Assembly (NCBI GenBank): GCA_964016885.1
Contig: OZ024742.1
Coordinates: forward strand, 160,332,001-160,396,000
Reading direction: 5' to 3'
Length of the DNA: 64,000 bases
Source: Eledone cirrhosa
Taxonomy: Eukaryota
Shown here: piece after piece, positions 1-14,710 of the stretch
Layout: every line of letters starts with the position of its first letter
Position numbering within the stretch: the first letter of the stretch is position 1
Translations under genes and position numbers: made by a program
The notes under the pieces: generated by a model
What the model saw: only the letters and a program-made list of their open reading frames with translations
What the model was told of the DNA's origin: nothing
Database searches by the model: none

Positions 1-275
1 ATTTTGTTTTAGGAATAATGTTTTTGTTGGGTTATATATTTCGATGAGTCATTATTTTTGTAAAACAGTAGGATATGATAGGATTGGGATATTTGACTTC
101 AATGCTTGACGGTCGTGCCACCAAGTACATAGACGCCTGGGTTGGTTCATAGGATCCTTTCATTCATATACACATGGGGTTCGCTGATACACACACACAC
201 GCACGCACACACGCACACACGCACACACGCACACACACACACACACACACACACGCACGCACACACGCACACACG

Positions 276-393
<118 letters not shown>

Positions 394-446
394 AATATAT
401 TAAAATACAAATATTAATAAAATAGATGTTCTTTTGATCAATTAAA

Positions 447-497
447 TTTTATTATACATATTTCAGAGGTACAACAGTACGTCCTCATCAGACAAAA
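447..497 (-). ncRNA. Minimal type I hammerhead ribozyme (PLE pLTR)
   Basis: rc: TTTTGT CTGATGA GGACGTAC TGTT GTACCTCT GAAA TATGTA TA ATAAAA. Confidence 0.85.
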
Positions 498-1199
498 TAT
501 AATGATACATGACATACTCTGTGATGTTAAATGGTTAAGAGTTAATCAAGGTAGTGATTAACCTATGAGAAAACTCAACATTTATACCCTAATAATGAAA
601 AAATGCGAAAACGTAATAAATTCAATAGAGAAGGTATGAGTAAGAAAAACGTTGCTTTAATGTAACAGTTATAGAGATTTTAAAATGTAGGATACTACAA
701 ATTATGATTATCGAAGAAGACGTCTCTGGAATTATAATTTTATTACAGTTTATGAAGGCAACTGATAGATGATTAAAGAGAAGGAGAGATAAAGGAGAGT
801 AATTTATGCAGAACATTTTTTTTCCCTTTAAGGACTAAGCGGTTAAGTTTCAAAATATTTAATTTATGTTATTTTAGGATGAAGAATCAAAATTTTAAGT
901 TTCTAAAAGTTGATGGTTATTTATATTTATTAATTTTATAAATTTTATAAATTTTTTAAATGTGTTACATTTCTAAAATTCTGAATTTTTTGAAAACAAA
1001 ATTAAAGGATTTACTAGGCCCGCGAAAGAAAAATATACACTGTTGAATTATCCCTTCAATGTAATCTTTAACAAAAATTACCTATAACAGTGTCAACATT
1101 TTCGTAAAATTTATGAAGTACTTATTGTTAGAAATATCGAACAATTTATTGTCAAGTAGATACATTGTCTAAAGTATAATGATTAACGCAGATTCTTAA

Positions 1200-1259
<60 letters not shown>

Positions 1260-1588
1260 TTTATCGTAATAAATTAATATTTATTATATTATATTAAATC
1301 GCTATATTAGTTCTACCTTCATGGGAGGAATGATCTCTAAATAATGAATATGTTATTGTATAGATAGCGTTAAACCGAAACGGTAATTATGATTAAGTTA
1401 TTATACATTATAAATATAGATGCACAAAACCAAATGCAGAGATATACGTAACTAATAATATGATTATGTTATTATACAATATACACATATTTTCAAAAAA
1501 TTAGGTATAGAGAGATATACTAAGTATTAATGAGACAGTATCCTTTTGGTAAATGATAACGATTATAATCTTATATAATAGATTCAAA

Positions 1589-1884
1589 CATGCAAAAGTT
1601 AAATACATACATATATATAAAAGAGTGTAAACGCATGAATGATTCACAGTTCAAAATAAGGTCCGTAAAAATTTACAGTTTGGATATTTGCACTATATTT
1701 AAAACATAGATAGAAAAATAAAGATAGGTATACTTAAAAACATGCAAAAGTTAAATACATACATATATAAAAATAAAGGAATGTAAACGCATGAATGATT
1801 CACAGTTCAAAATAAGGTCCGTAAAAATTTACAGGTTGGATATTTGAACTATATTTAAAACATAGATAGAAAAATAAAGATAGA
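1589..1884. repeat. ~150 bp tandem duplication inside left pLTR
   Basis: catgcaaaagttaaatacatac...aaaaataaagatag at ~1589-1727 and ~1741-1884. Confidence 0.85.
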
Positions 1885-2185
1885 GAAATAATGGTATGGA
1901 TCAAAGTTAATAATATTATGTTACGTATATCAACGTGTCAGCATGTTATTAAACAAGTGTCATTCATTTAAACGTTATTTCTTTCATAGATAGTTATAAG
2001 ATAAAGCAATATTAAAAGCCATTAAGGTTTTCAACTGTTGATTATGTACGTCTAAAAACCAAGTTTAGTTGCTTAGTGTTTTTTCCTGGTCATATGGGAG
2101 GCTTGAAATGTAGACAAAGCTTTATGAAGGCAATTAGAGAATAATTCACTTTTTTTGTTAATTAAGGTCTCATAATTATTAATAA

Positions 2186-4324
2186 TCAACAGGGTCTCCA
2201 TTGTACAAAGCGCGCAGTTACTTGATATACTTGAGTTGCGGTAAACTCAACTATTCCGCAGTTTCGTAAAAAAATGGAGTATTTTAAATTCTTCTCTTTT
2301 AATGACCATATACGCTGTGATAAAGAAGTGGATAAGTTCGAAAATGAGCATTTATGGTTCGCAAATCTGGTTTTAAATGTAGAAGAAGTCGATTCTATGT
2401 AGTTGTATTTGTTGTAATCAGTTTTTACGGTGCATTTATACACCAAATTACTATCTAAACAATTATTTTGCAGAGGGCAATCGATTTTATTTCTACAATT
2501 ACATTTTGGTTTATTATCATTTATGTTAACGCTATTATTAAGATCATTATGCTGATTCTGCTTTAGAATTTTAGTGTTTAATTTAGCAATGTTTTGGGCC
2601 ATATTCATAGTTGTAGAATAAGACAATTTAATGGTGTGTCTATTAAAAGTGGAATGGTATTTATGTTGAGTAGGGAAAGAGGTGTCCAAAGCATTAAAGA
2701 ATAATTTTGCAATTGGTGTTCTAACTGCTACAGAAGCAGGGGGGCGGGGGGCAAACCATATGGCTGATTTAGTTCTAGTTCTTTTCCTCAATTTGTTTGG
2801 CGTATGGGTGTTTAAATTATAATTATTAGAGTTTCGCTTATATATGCCATTATTTTTATCAGGATTAAAACTTGGATTATTATTATCTACATATTCTATA
2901 CTATTCTCATATCCTGCTCTTTTTAATACATTATTGTAGTATGCTGCATTATCATCAAATATAGCTTTATTGGCTGATATTCTATTAATGCGTTTTTGGA
3001 CACTATTTACTATAGTGTTTTTTACAGATTTAGGGTGATTGGAATGGTTACTAACATAGTTTAAGTTTTCATTGGGCTTATGAAAAGGGTAATAAAAGCC
3101 AGAGTTTAAGTTAAACGTAACGTCTAGGAAATTAACTATTTTGGTACCATTTTCTACTTCTAACTTAAGGTCATACATTTATTATACTATTATACTTTTC
3201 TATTATACTTTTCTATTATACTTTTCTTTACTCTATTTAGTTCAATATTGTTGTGTTTGACCACCGTAAATAAAATGTCGTCCCTATATAAACCACAGGT
3301 AATCTCCGACAGTTTTCTATTTATCGTATTTAATATGAAAATTCCCAGAAGATCTGTGATTTGCGAAGAATCAGATGCCCCCATAGTAATATCAAAGTTT
3401 CTATTTCTATCTGAGCGAGTCCAATACTCATTGTTGAAGTTAATAAGAGTTCTTCTGGCTGTTAGTATGATATCAATTTCATCCGTGGTTATATCAGTAT
3501 GCTTATAAGCGTATGATAGAGCCTTATTTAGTAGGTTAGGTGTTATGGAAGAATAGTAGTTTGTTATGTCCATCTGGATGAATTTATGGTTTTTCGTATC
3601 GTCTATATTCCTGTACCATTCTATGACTTCATTTGTATCTTTCCACAAGCTCAAATTAGATCTCAGTTTAAGAGTGGGTAAGATTCTATCGATGATGTTT
3701 TTACTGATTACTCCAATATCCGATTTGAATGGAGCAATCAGTCTAACTGGCAGGTCTTCCTCGAGGTTTCTTTTGTGATCCTTTAAGTTAATCCGCGGCT
3801 GCCTAGGTATAAATGGCTCGGTTCTTCCTTCTATTCCTCAATTGGTAATTAATTTATAGGCATCTTCGTTAATTTCAGTAAGATCAACAGCCGGGGCTTT
3901 TTTTAATAATTTTTCCTAAGTTCCTTTAAAATCAAGTTGTTATATTCTTCTTTGTTTATCCCATATAAATTATTTGTTTTGTCCGATTTAACCAATATTT
4001 TGTTAACTTTTTTTAGTTCCGTGATTTTTTCTTTTAGAGTTCTAAGGTATTGGTGACCTATATATGGGTTTTTCCTAAATTTAATTTTTTAAAGTATACC
4101 GAGCATTTCGGTTTCAAAATCCTCCAGGAGTTTGTTGTATGGAGGATACTTTCTTGATTTAAATAAAGATTCGAAATGATTGCTGTTAGTTTTTCTTTCA
4201 GCATTTTCGAAATGAAATGCTCGCCATCCCATTCTTCTAATAAAAGAGTTTGTTTGTTCAAGTATTCCTCATTTGAAGGTATGGGTATATCCTTGAGGGA
4301 TGTCGGGAAGTTTAAGAAATCCAT
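2186..4324 (-). pseudogene. Disrupted PLE ORF: reverse transcriptase + CxCx5Cx5C linker + C-terminal GIY-YIG endonuclease
   Basis: N-term SLKDIPIP; RT motifs MDITNYYSSI, FDITMGASDS, GLYRDDIL, VNFLDVTFNL; CNCRNKIDCPLQNNC; LVYKC...YIESTSSTFKTRFANH; split by stops/frameshifts over ORFs 4058-4324, 3190-3654, 2186-3178. Confidence 0.9.
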
Positions 4325-4942
4325 ATTTATTGAATATGCAATCTATTGTATAAAAAAGCGCTGAACTAATTGGGAGCAATATATTAAAGAGTTAAACAAG
4401 ATTCAATGAGTACATCAAAGAATAAGTTTTACAGTAAATTGGAAGCACTCTATTTTTCTATCTATGTTTTAAATATAGTTCAAATATCCAACCTGTAAAT
4501 TTTTACGGACCTTATTTTGAACTGTGAATCAGTCATGCGTTTACACTCCTTTATTTATATATATGTATGTATTTAACTTTTGCATGTTTGAATCTATTAT
4601 ATAAGATTATACTCGTTATCATTTACCAAAAGTATACTGTCTCATTAATACTTAGTATATCTCTCTATACCTAATTTTTTGCAAATATGTGTATATTGTA
4701 TAATACCATAATCATATTATTAGTTACGTATATCTCTGCATTTGATTTTGTGCATCTATATTTATAATGTATAATAACTTAATCATAATTACCGTTTCGG
4801 TTTAACGCTATCTATAGTTTGTGCAAATATAGATATATTGTACAATAACATATTCATTATTTAGAGTTCATTCCTCGCATGAAGGTTGAACTAATATAGT
4901 GATTTAATATAATATAATAAATATTAATTTATTACGATAAAT

Positions 4943-5106
<164 letters not shown>

Positions 5107-5799
5107 TTAAGAATCTGCGTTAATCATTATACTTTAGAGAATCTATCTACTTGACAACAAATTTTTCGATATTTCTAACAATAAGTACTCCATAAATTTT
5201 ACATACCGAAAATGTTGACACTGTTATAGGTAATTTTTGTTAAAGATTACATTGAAGGGATAATTCAACAGTGTATAATTTTCTTTCGCGGGCCTAGTAA
5301 ATCCTTTAATTTTGTTTTCATAAAATTCAGAATTTTAGAAATGTAACATTTAAAAAATTTATAAAATTTATAAAATTAATAAATATAAATAATCATCAAC
5401 TTTTAAAAACTTAAAATTTTGATTCTTCATCCTAAAATAACATTAATTAAATATTTTGAAACTTAACCGCTTAGTCCTTAAGGGGCAAAAAAAATTTTCT
5501 GCATAAATTACTCCCCTTTATCTCTCCCTCTCTTTAATCATCTATCAGTTGCCTTCATAAACTGTAATAAAATTATAATTCCAGGGACGTCTTCCTCGAT
5601 AATCATAATTTGTAGTATCCCACATTTTAAAATCTCTATAACTGTTACATTAAAGCAAGGTTTTTCTTACTCATACCTTCTCTATTGAATTTATTACGTT
5701 TTCGCATTTTCTTATTATTCGGGTATAAATGTTGAGTTTTCTCATAGGTTAATCACCTTTATTAAATCTTAACCATTTAACATCTCATGTATCATTATA

Positions 5800-5850
5800 T
5801 TTTGTCTGATGAGGACGTACTGTTGTACCTCTGAAATATGTATAATAAAA
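5800..5850 (+). ncRNA. Minimal type I hammerhead ribozyme (inverted pLTR copy)
   Basis: CTGATGA 5806-5812, stem II GGACGTAC/GTACCTCT, GAAA, TATGTA, TA cleavage site, stem I TTTTGT/ATAAAA. Confidence 0.85.
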
Positions 5851-5973
5851 TTTAATTGATCAAAAGAACATCTATTTTATTAATATTTGTATTTTAATAT
5901 TAATAACTCTGGAAAATATTTTTACTGTAGAACTTATTCTTTGATGCACTCATTGAATCTCGTTTAACTCTTT

Positions 5974-6030
<57 letters not shown>

Positions 6031-6035
<5 letters not shown>

Positions 6036-6630
6036 ATCTCCCGCTATATCGCAGTTCACTTTTTGCGGTCCCGCCTCATCGCGGATTTTTCTTTGGAACG
6101 TATCTAATTTTCTATCGCGGTAATCCTCACTACATCGCGGATTTTTCGTTAGAACATATCTATTTTCTTATCGCGGTACGTATGTCCGAATAAAAAGTGT
6201 GTACATTTTAAACTTATCAAATAAGTTAAAGCTTTAACTATAAAAAATGTTTTTATTTTTAATTCCATTGCTGTTTTACTGATTGTGTTTTTCTCTAATC
6301 TATTATAAACCTTTCGCAGATTGACGAGAAATGTGAGTGTATTACCAAGCTGCTAACGTGGTTGGTAATGGTTGTCATTGGTAACTAGTGGTACGATCGT
6401 TGCTGGTAGTTTCTATATGATCGTTACTGGCTGTTTTTTGGTGTTTAAATACTAAAGTGTGTTTTAATGAATTTATATGTGCTTAAAGCGTGTAGGAGAT
6501 GTATTTTAAGGCTTAAACTATGAAAACAACGGCTGTCTTTATGGTCTGTCTATTCATTTATATGGTCTCTCTTTTCATTTATCGCGGTTGGTTCCGGAAC
6601 ATATCCTCCGCGATAAACGGGGGATCACTG
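6031..6630. mobile_element. Non-autonomous Tc1/mariner (Tigger/pogo-like) MITE
   Basis: Imperfect TIRs tAGTAATCTCCCGCTATATCGC / GCGATAAACGGGGGATCACTG; subterminal ATCGCGG repeats; TA flanks. Confidence 0.75.
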
Positions 6631-7538
6631 TATATATATATATATATATATCGGAGTCTACATGGTTGTGGTGGGGCTGATAACGTTGTTAGAACATAAT
6701 GTATACCAGGAAGGGTAGTTGCGGTGAGAATAAGCAGTGTGACTAGTAGTTCTTGTGGTAGGTGGTCGCGGCCTATGGTATCCTCGAAGAAAACCAATCC
6801 GGGTTACAGAGTCATTTACATATATGTGTTTGAACAATAAAAATAGAAGTCAGGTGTAGGTAGAGAGTTAGTTCATTGTTTTATACACATATAACACGAT
6901 GACGAACATTCAATTAACATATTGCATGAAAGATGCAAGTTAGACATTTTCCATTGTCTTATTATCATAGTTTTTAATTTACTTATTAACAATTTTCTTA
7001 TTGTTTTAGCAGCCATAAAAGAAACGTGCGTTTCGACCACAACTGCCAGTTTATTAATGGGGATAAGTTCCTTTTTATACCCACAAGTGTCAGCCATTAA
7101 CGATATCGCCATTTTCACCCACAACTGTCAGCCATTAATACTAACACACTAACGTCTACCCCTCTCCCAATCTCAATACTACCACCACGACCACTATCAT
7201 CATCACCACTAACACTACTACCATTACTGCCATCACCACCACCTCCACCATCACTACCACCACCACCACCACCATCACCACCACCACTCTTCCAACTGTC
7301 AAGCACAGAGCATCATCATAGCTCCCGTTTCAGTCACAACTGTCAACACACAATTTCACTTCTATCAAAAACAAAAGAACAAAAAAAACTACATAGATGT
7401 GTGTATAGGTGTGCGTGTGCGTATGTGTGTGTTTGTGTTTATTTGCGCAGGCGTGTGAGTAGACACACGCACAGACATACATATGTATGTATATATACTC
7501 GTGTGCATATAGGTTTGTATGTTTGAATATATATGCAT

Positions 7539-7571
<33 letters not shown>

Positions 7572-7583
7572 CACACATACACA

Positions 7584-7639
<56 letters not shown>

Positions 7640-8291
7640 GCTGTGTGTGTGTATATATACATACACAAACACATACATATGCTCATAATACTTACGCTAA
7701 CATAGTGAGTAACAGGGAAATAGATAACAGTCGATCTGTTATCTTTGATACAAACGAGGCTTTAAAAAGCGAACGGCTTCTGTCGTGTCAGCGTGCACAT
7801 ATGGAGCAATTAACCAGAAGTCAGGAGGGAAGCAGACATTAAGATATTTGAAGCTTAGCTGTCCAAAAAAGTATAATTTCAAAGCTAGTGTTTCCTGTAC
7901 AAGAATACGCAAACTCTGAGCAACACGCTGACACACACACACACGCAGACACACGCACACACACACACACACACACGCGCACACACATACAGATACATAC
8001 ACACACACACACACAAATACACACACACACACACACATTTATATATACATATGTATATATATAAATATACATTCATTTCAATGAAAATATAAGACAAGAT
8101 GTTACACAATTGCATAATACGTATCTCTATGGCTGGCTTACGCCATCAGACCACGATGCAAGGCAATCTGCGAGATCATTTGATGTAATGAACATAAAAG
8201 ATTAAAAAAATTTAGTTTCAGTAATCCTTACTGTGTTACAGCAAAATATAAACACGACGGACACCGTTTGTATACCAATAGCAGAATTTGA

Positions 8292-8385
<94 letters not shown>

Positions 8386-8510
8386 ATAATGATAAACTTT
8401 GATAAATTAATGTACGTTTCTTCCAAATCTTAAGCAGATCCATAATTAATAATTATTTGATTAATTATATGAACAAAAAATTGTAATTATCAGAATTGAT
8501 AAAACAAAAA

Positions 8511-8665
8511 ATGGTTGGATAACATCTATGAGCATGGCAAGTCACGCTTGAGGATCCAACCGGATCAGTTGGAGACGGTTGCTTCTAACAGGACCCGCTG
8601 GAGGGAGCGTTCGAACATTCTGTCCCCACGACCCTCTCAGGAATAGGTAAGCGAAGAAAAAGAAC
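8511..8665 (+). mobile_element. RTE LINE 3'-end fragment
   Basis: Translates WLDNIYE...ASNRTRWRER, followed by a GAA-rich tail. Confidence 0.6.
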
Positions 8666-8782
8666 ATATGAAGAAATTATTACCTCCCCAGATCATATTG
8701 ATGTTAGGTTTAATCTAGATTAGGCTAAACCTAACGTCAATATGATTGTGCGAGGTAACATTCCGTTATATTTTCGTTTTAT

Positions 8783-8878
8783 TAATTCTGATGATTCCAG
8801 TTCTTTGCTTGTATAATTAATTAAATAATTATTAATTATGGATTTGCTTAAGATTTGGAAGAAACATGCGTTAAATTA
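8783..8878 (+). ncRNA. Type I hammerhead motif with long stem II loop
   Basis: TAATT CTGATGA TTCCA...TGGAA GAAA CATGCG TT AAATT; the mirror copy has a CTGATAA core and GAAACGTACATT. Confidence 0.6.
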
Positions 8879-9098
8879 TTAAAATGTAATATAATTAACC
8901 GTCATGATCTTATTTATCATTGTAATATTTTCTCTGTGAGTTTACGTTAATACCTTCAAACAAGAATTTCGTACAACTCAAACAGATTTGTATTTAGCCT
9001 TCTGAGGTGTTTATGGTAATAAAGCTCATATTTTGAGCTATAATAATTTCTTCACCTATACCTGTATGTTTTCTTGTTCGAAAACGATTTTTATGAAC

Positions 9099-9139
<41 letters not shown>

Positions 9140-9479
9140 GGATGATCTCCTCACAGTCTCCATCCCTCAATTTCCATTTACAATGGGTATATCAGGAGAT
9201 ATACCCGAGGTGTCTTTCAGTGTCATTTAATCTGTATGTACGTGTGTATGTATGTCTGTCTGTATGTATGTGAGTGTGTGTGTGTGTGAGTGTATATTAC
9301 ATTAAGCGCTGGCTTGTCTGTGTGGTTAAAGAGTTCTCTTTTCAACCATACAGTTCTGACTCAATCTCGCTGCGCGTCACTCCGGGCAAGTATCGTCTAC
9401 TACAACCATTGGTTTTCCAATGAATTATGAGTGTAATTTGACAAACGGAAATTACAGAAGTCCGTCGAATGCTGTGAGA

Positions 9480-11510
9480 TTGGTTTTTCCGATTCTTTAT
9501 ATTCTGAGTTCAAATCCTACCTAGTTTAAATTTGCCTTTCATATTCGATAAAACAATGTCCTAGTTAAGCATAGGAGGCGATTCAATAGACTTTCCCTTT
9601 CGAAATTGCTGGACCTGTGCAACTTTACGACTGATTTACAGCAACTTCTGATAGAAGGAGGTTGTATTTGAACTCACAACACACAGAAGTGGATCAGATA
9701 TTGTAAAGTATCTAGCCCGACACTTTAACAACTTCGCCAGTCCCCCACATCTACTGGACTGATATTTAATTTATCGTCTTCGATAGGATAACGGGCAAAG
9801 TTGGTCTCGGCCGAATTTGAACTCACAGAACAAATACCGAGGTATTAAATTCGATGCCTAAGCGACACTTCCAATTAGCTGCTTATTTTGCAGCATAGTT
9901 ATGGCCCTTTACGTTCTGAGATCAAATTCCGCCGAGATTAACTTTGCCTTTCATCCTCACGGGGTCGATGAAATAAAGTACCAGTAATGCGCTGGGTAAT
10001 TGCTGGCCTTGTGCCAAAAGTAGAAACAATTATTATGTGAATTGGCAGTATCGGTAGAGGGTTGGACGCCATGCTTTATAGCATAGTTACGTCCATTTAC
10101 GTTCTGAGATCAAATCCCGCCGAGATTAACTTTGCCTTTCATCCTCACGGGGTCGATAAAATAAAGTACCAGTAATGTACTGGGTATTTGCTGGCCTTGT
10201 GCCAAAAGTAGAAACAATTATTATTATTATTTGAATAGACGAGGTAAGCTTTCCCTTTCATCCTTATGATGTCGACAAAATAAAGTATCAGCAATGCACT
10301 GGGGTAAATTTTATCGACTTTTCCCTCCTTGTGCCTAAAACAGAAACCATTATTTGAATAGACTAAGGGCGGTGATTGGCAGTATCGGTAGAGGGTAGGA
10401 TATGCTTTCCAGCATACTTACGTCTCTTTACGATCTGAGTTTAATTCCCGCCGAGGTTTACTTTGCCTTTCATCCTTACGGGGTCGATAAAATAAAGTAC
10501 CAGTAATGTACTAGAATAATTGCTGGCCTTGTGCCAAAGGTAGAAACAATTATTTGAATAGACTCATTGCATTTGATTGGAACAATTATTACAATATCGG
10601 ATGAAATGCATTGCAGCATTTCGTTACGACTCTCTAACTTCCGGTTTCAGATCCAGCCGAGTTCAACTTTGCCTTTCATTCTCACGGGGTAATAAAACAC
10701 GACTCAATTTCTGGGATCGATATAATCGACTTCTTTTCTCCTCCTGAAAGAATTCTCTAGCCGTGTGTCTATGTTGGAAACCATTATTTGAATTGGCGGT
10801 AGATTGGCAGTATCGGTAGAGGGTCGGATGCCATGCTTTGCAGCATAGAGTTACAGCCCTTTACAGTCTGAGATCAAATCCCGCCGATGTTAACTTTACC
10901 TTTCATCCTTACGGGGTCGATAAAATAAAGTACCAGTAATACACTGGATAATTGCTGGCCTTGTGCCAAAAGTAGAAGCAATTATTTGAATTGGCAGAGT
11001 CAGAATGTCGGAGTATATTGCTTTACGGTGTCTGTTAAAGATCCCTCTACATCGAGGTCGAATACTGCTAAGGTTACCTTTACTGTTTATCTTTATCTTT
11101 CTGGGGCTGTTAAAATAAAGTACCAGTCATGTATTGGAGTTGATATAATAAATATTTCCTATCCTCCGAAATTGTTAGTTTTGTGCTTATGTTATAAACT
11201 ATTATTATTGTAAACATTAGGTTGAGAATTGGGAAATTTGAAAATATACTCACCAGCATGCAATAATTGTAAGTTAAGTATGAATAATGGGCGAAAAAAT
11301 CGGGTAAAGTACTCCTGGGGATGGAAAAATGTCGAAAGGGATCAATTGCAACCTTGGTGCCTAAATTATGAATTATGTCGGATTGGCAGAGTCGTTAAAC
11401 ATTGGGAAAAGGCTTTGCGGTAATTGTTCTCGCTTTCTATGTTCTAAGTTCAAATCCCACCGGGGACAAGTTTGTTTTTCATCCTTCCAAGGTCAATAAA
11501 ATAGAATACC
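9480..11510 (+). mobile_element. Cluster of tRNA-derived SINEs (Nin/Deu-domain-like), mostly head-to-tail
   Basis: Repeated ~185 bp unit: TGGCAGTATCGGTAGAG (A box) ... GAGTTCAAATCC (B box) ... GCCTTTCATCCTTACGGGGTCGATAAAATAAAGTACCAG ... GCTGGCCTTGTGCCAAAAGTAGAAAC. Confidence 0.85.
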
Positions 11511-11859
11511 AAACACATAACTATAATAATAGTTGAATAAATAGAGTAATGTACTCTTGGAGACGTCTGGCACTTATTTTAATAAACTAAAAGTTGGTTC
11601 CCTTTCTATTTCAAGTAGGAAGTAGCAGATTATCATGCCGAGTTGACAGAATAAAGTGCGAAAGAGAGATCTTTATCGTGTGTCCAGCACATCGGGCTTT
11701 CAGCATCTGCTTTTCTAGAAAGATTTATACTAAGTGCCAAACTACGACAAACACTATCGCTACACGATTTCAACAACTGAAAGAGCAATTAAGTAAATCA
11801 TTTTGTATCTATACAAAAAAAAATATCCCATACACACACACACATATGTATGTAGGTAT

Positions 11860-11935
<76 letters not shown>

Positions 11936-12156
11936 GTATATATATATATTCACAAAAGAAAGAACAATAAAACAGACACGATCAGACATCATCACACAGA
12001 CATAGACACACGCCCACGCACACACATTTCTTCCACATGCACATTACAAATGCACACGCGTACTAAACTAATGTATATATATATATATATATATACGGAC
12101 CCAGTCAGCTCTGACACGCACATACACATATATGTGTGTATATATATCTATATATG

Positions 12157-12216
<60 letters not shown>

Positions 12217-12220
12217 TGTG

Positions 12221-12290
<70 letters not shown>

Positions 12291-12639
12291 CATATATATA
12301 TATACATATATATACACATATATATATATATAATATACATATGTGTGTGTATGTATATATATATATATAAATATATAAATATATAAATAGATAGATAGAG
12401 AGAGAAACCAAGTCAACTCTCACACACACATAAACACACACATATATGATTGGTTCAAATTAATCAACTGATTACATTACCCACAATTCTAAACAGAGCT
12501 CAATATATTTAGAACGTAGAATATAAAGTTATTTGAAACAACATAGGTTTTACCGCCTGTAGGCAGTTCTACAGATATAAAGATCTGCCTCAAAGCAATG
12601 AAACGATTTTTAACACACAAGTTATTGTTGCAAATTATT

Positions 12640-13230
12640 TTTTATGTTAATTACTATTAGTCTGATCTTTATTGCGCATGGTCACCTCATTACTGAGAAC
12701 AGTTCTGTGTGCCATGGGTATGTGCAGAGTGGTTTTTGGTGGTGTTGTTTCTATTGTATTGAGACTACTCTCCATAATATTTGCACAGTGCTTCGTAGGG
12801 CTACTTTTTGTATGATGTATATATTTGTAAGTCCTGGAGTTTTGGTTATGTATCTGTCTGTATGTTTTTTGTTTTTTTTATCATTCCCAGAACTTCTATT
12901 GTTATAGATATTAATTTTGTTTTCATCATTCACATTCGGGTTATTTATATATCTATATCTCTAGATCTTTATATTTGGATAGTTTCCCCATTTCCCTACT
13001 AGATATATTGTCGTCTGTAGGTATTGATACAACAATTAGAAGAAATCTTTTGATTTGTGAATATAATATCTAGTCGGTTGGCTTGGAACTCTCTGTCTGT
13101 GTGTACTGTGTGTACTGTGTGTACCAGAGTAGGGTTGCTTCGTCACTCTCTCATATCTTTTCTGGTATGTATCCGTACCATCTTTTTCTGTTGGTATTTC
13201 ATAATGTTGGCATAACTTCCAGGTCTTATT
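12640..13230 (-). mobile_element. R4/Dong-like (RLE) LINE 3' fragment, decayed
   Basis: rc translation resembles RLE C-terminus: KYRD..ITRM..KTK...LGMIKK...YITKTPG...IQKVALRSTVQILWR. Confidence 0.6.
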
Positions 13231-13240
13231 ATTAATATTT

Positions 13241-14355
13241 GGGCGGTGGGTTGGCAGTATCGGTAGAAGGTCGGACGCCATGCTTTGACGCATAGAGTTA
13301 TGGCGCTTGCAATTCTGAGTTCAAATCCCGCCGAGGTTAACTTTGCCTTTCATCCTTACGGGGTCGATAAAATGAAGTACCAGTAATGCACTGGGTAATT
13401 GCTGGCCTTGTGCCAAATGTAGAAGCAATTATTATTATTTGGAGTGGTATTATCGTTAGAGCATCACACACCATACTTTATAGCATAGAGTTACGGCCCT
13501 CTACGTTCTGAGTTAAAATCCCGCCGAGGTTAACTTTGCCTTTCATCCTTACGGGGTCGATAAAATAAAATACCAGTAATGCACTGGGGTCGATTTAATT
13601 GTTTCCTGCCCCACCCCCGAAAATGCTGGCATTGTGTCTAAAGTAGAAATCAAAATCACTATTATTAGTCTTATTTATATTGCATTTGTGAGTGGGGCCC
13701 GAGGTAGAATGTCCACGTGTGTCACGAATGTTGTTATGTGTGTGCAGATGAAGTGTATTTCATGTGTCTGCATATGTGTATACACGTGTGTGTTTGAGAT
13801 GTTCGTATGGTTTGTGTGTGCGTGTATGAACGTGTGTGTCTGTGGATCGATAACTCGTGATAGAGTTGTGGGGACGCCATCGTGAGATGCAATGTATCTT
13901 AGGAATTTAAAACTTGGTGGAGCCCATCCTCTTTCCGCGTCTGAACGGAATCGATTTCTTCTAAAGAAATAATTGTTTCTACTTTAGGCACAAGGCCACC
14001 AATTACCCAGTGCATTACTGGTACTTTATTTTATCGACCCCGTAAGGATGAAAGGCAAAGTCAACCTCGGCGGGATTTGAACTCAGATAATAAAGGGACG
14101 TAACTATGCTGGAAAGCATGGCGTCCGACCCTCCACCGATACTGCCAATCCACCGCCCTTCTAAAGAAATAATGAGAGTGACTGAGAAAAAGTTAGAAAG
14201 AGGAGGAATCAATCTCAGTATTAGATGAATACATTTATCAACCTTAAAAGTATGAAAGACAAATTTGACTTTGGCGGGATTTGAACTCAGAGCACAGAGA
14301 GTCTGAGTCTATGCCGCAAAGCAATTTATCAGACGTTCTAACGACTCTGCCAATT
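13241..14355. mobile_element. SINE copies (same family) in both orientations
   Basis: + copies 13241-13435 and ~13440-13655; - copies ~13968-14158 and ~14210-14355. Confidence 0.85.
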
Positions 14356-14384
14356 TGTTTACTGTACCTGATGTATAAAAGAGT

Positions 14385-14710
14385 AAAGATCCCCTTCGGT
14401 TACAAGTGACCATGGGATTTGAGCCTAGAAAGTTGCCCTCTGATGTAAAAGTTCGGGCAAGGTTGCTTGTGGGAGACCAGCTTTCGCCCATGCATATTAG
14501 CTTACCCTCTCCACGCTACTAATGTTGTCCAAGGAATAGGAAATCGTCAATACAGCTTGGCACCAGTGACTTCGCAACTCATCTCTACAGTTGAGTAAAC
14601 TGGAGAAACGTAAACTAAAGTATCTTGCTCAAGAACATAATACACACTGCTGGCCGGGATACAAACTCTCAACTTTACGATTATAAACCCGATGCTCTAA
14701 TCACTAAGCC
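14385..14710 (-). mobile_element. Second tRNA-derived SINE family (longer, LINE-like tail)
   Basis: rc head GGCTTAGTGATTAGAGC..., TGTTCTTGAGCAAGATACTT, CTCCAGTTTACTCAACTG; related copies 35150-35415(-), ~53720-53835(-), ~9308-9470(+), ~19455-19680(+). Confidence 0.75.

Larger units (their letters stand above)
8395..8885. repeat. Imperfect palindrome (HHR-bearing) interrupted by an RTE 3' fragment
   Basis: 8395-8510 is rc of ~8770-8885; central hairpin ~8680-8760. Confidence 0.75.

Noticed and set aside
7115-7306. Gly-rich ORF
   Set aside because: (CAC/CAT)n low-complexity tract
9870-11200. Regularly spaced repeats resembling a CRISPR or tRNA array
   Set aside because: Units are ~185 bp SINEs without unique spacers or complete cloverleaves; eukaryotic context
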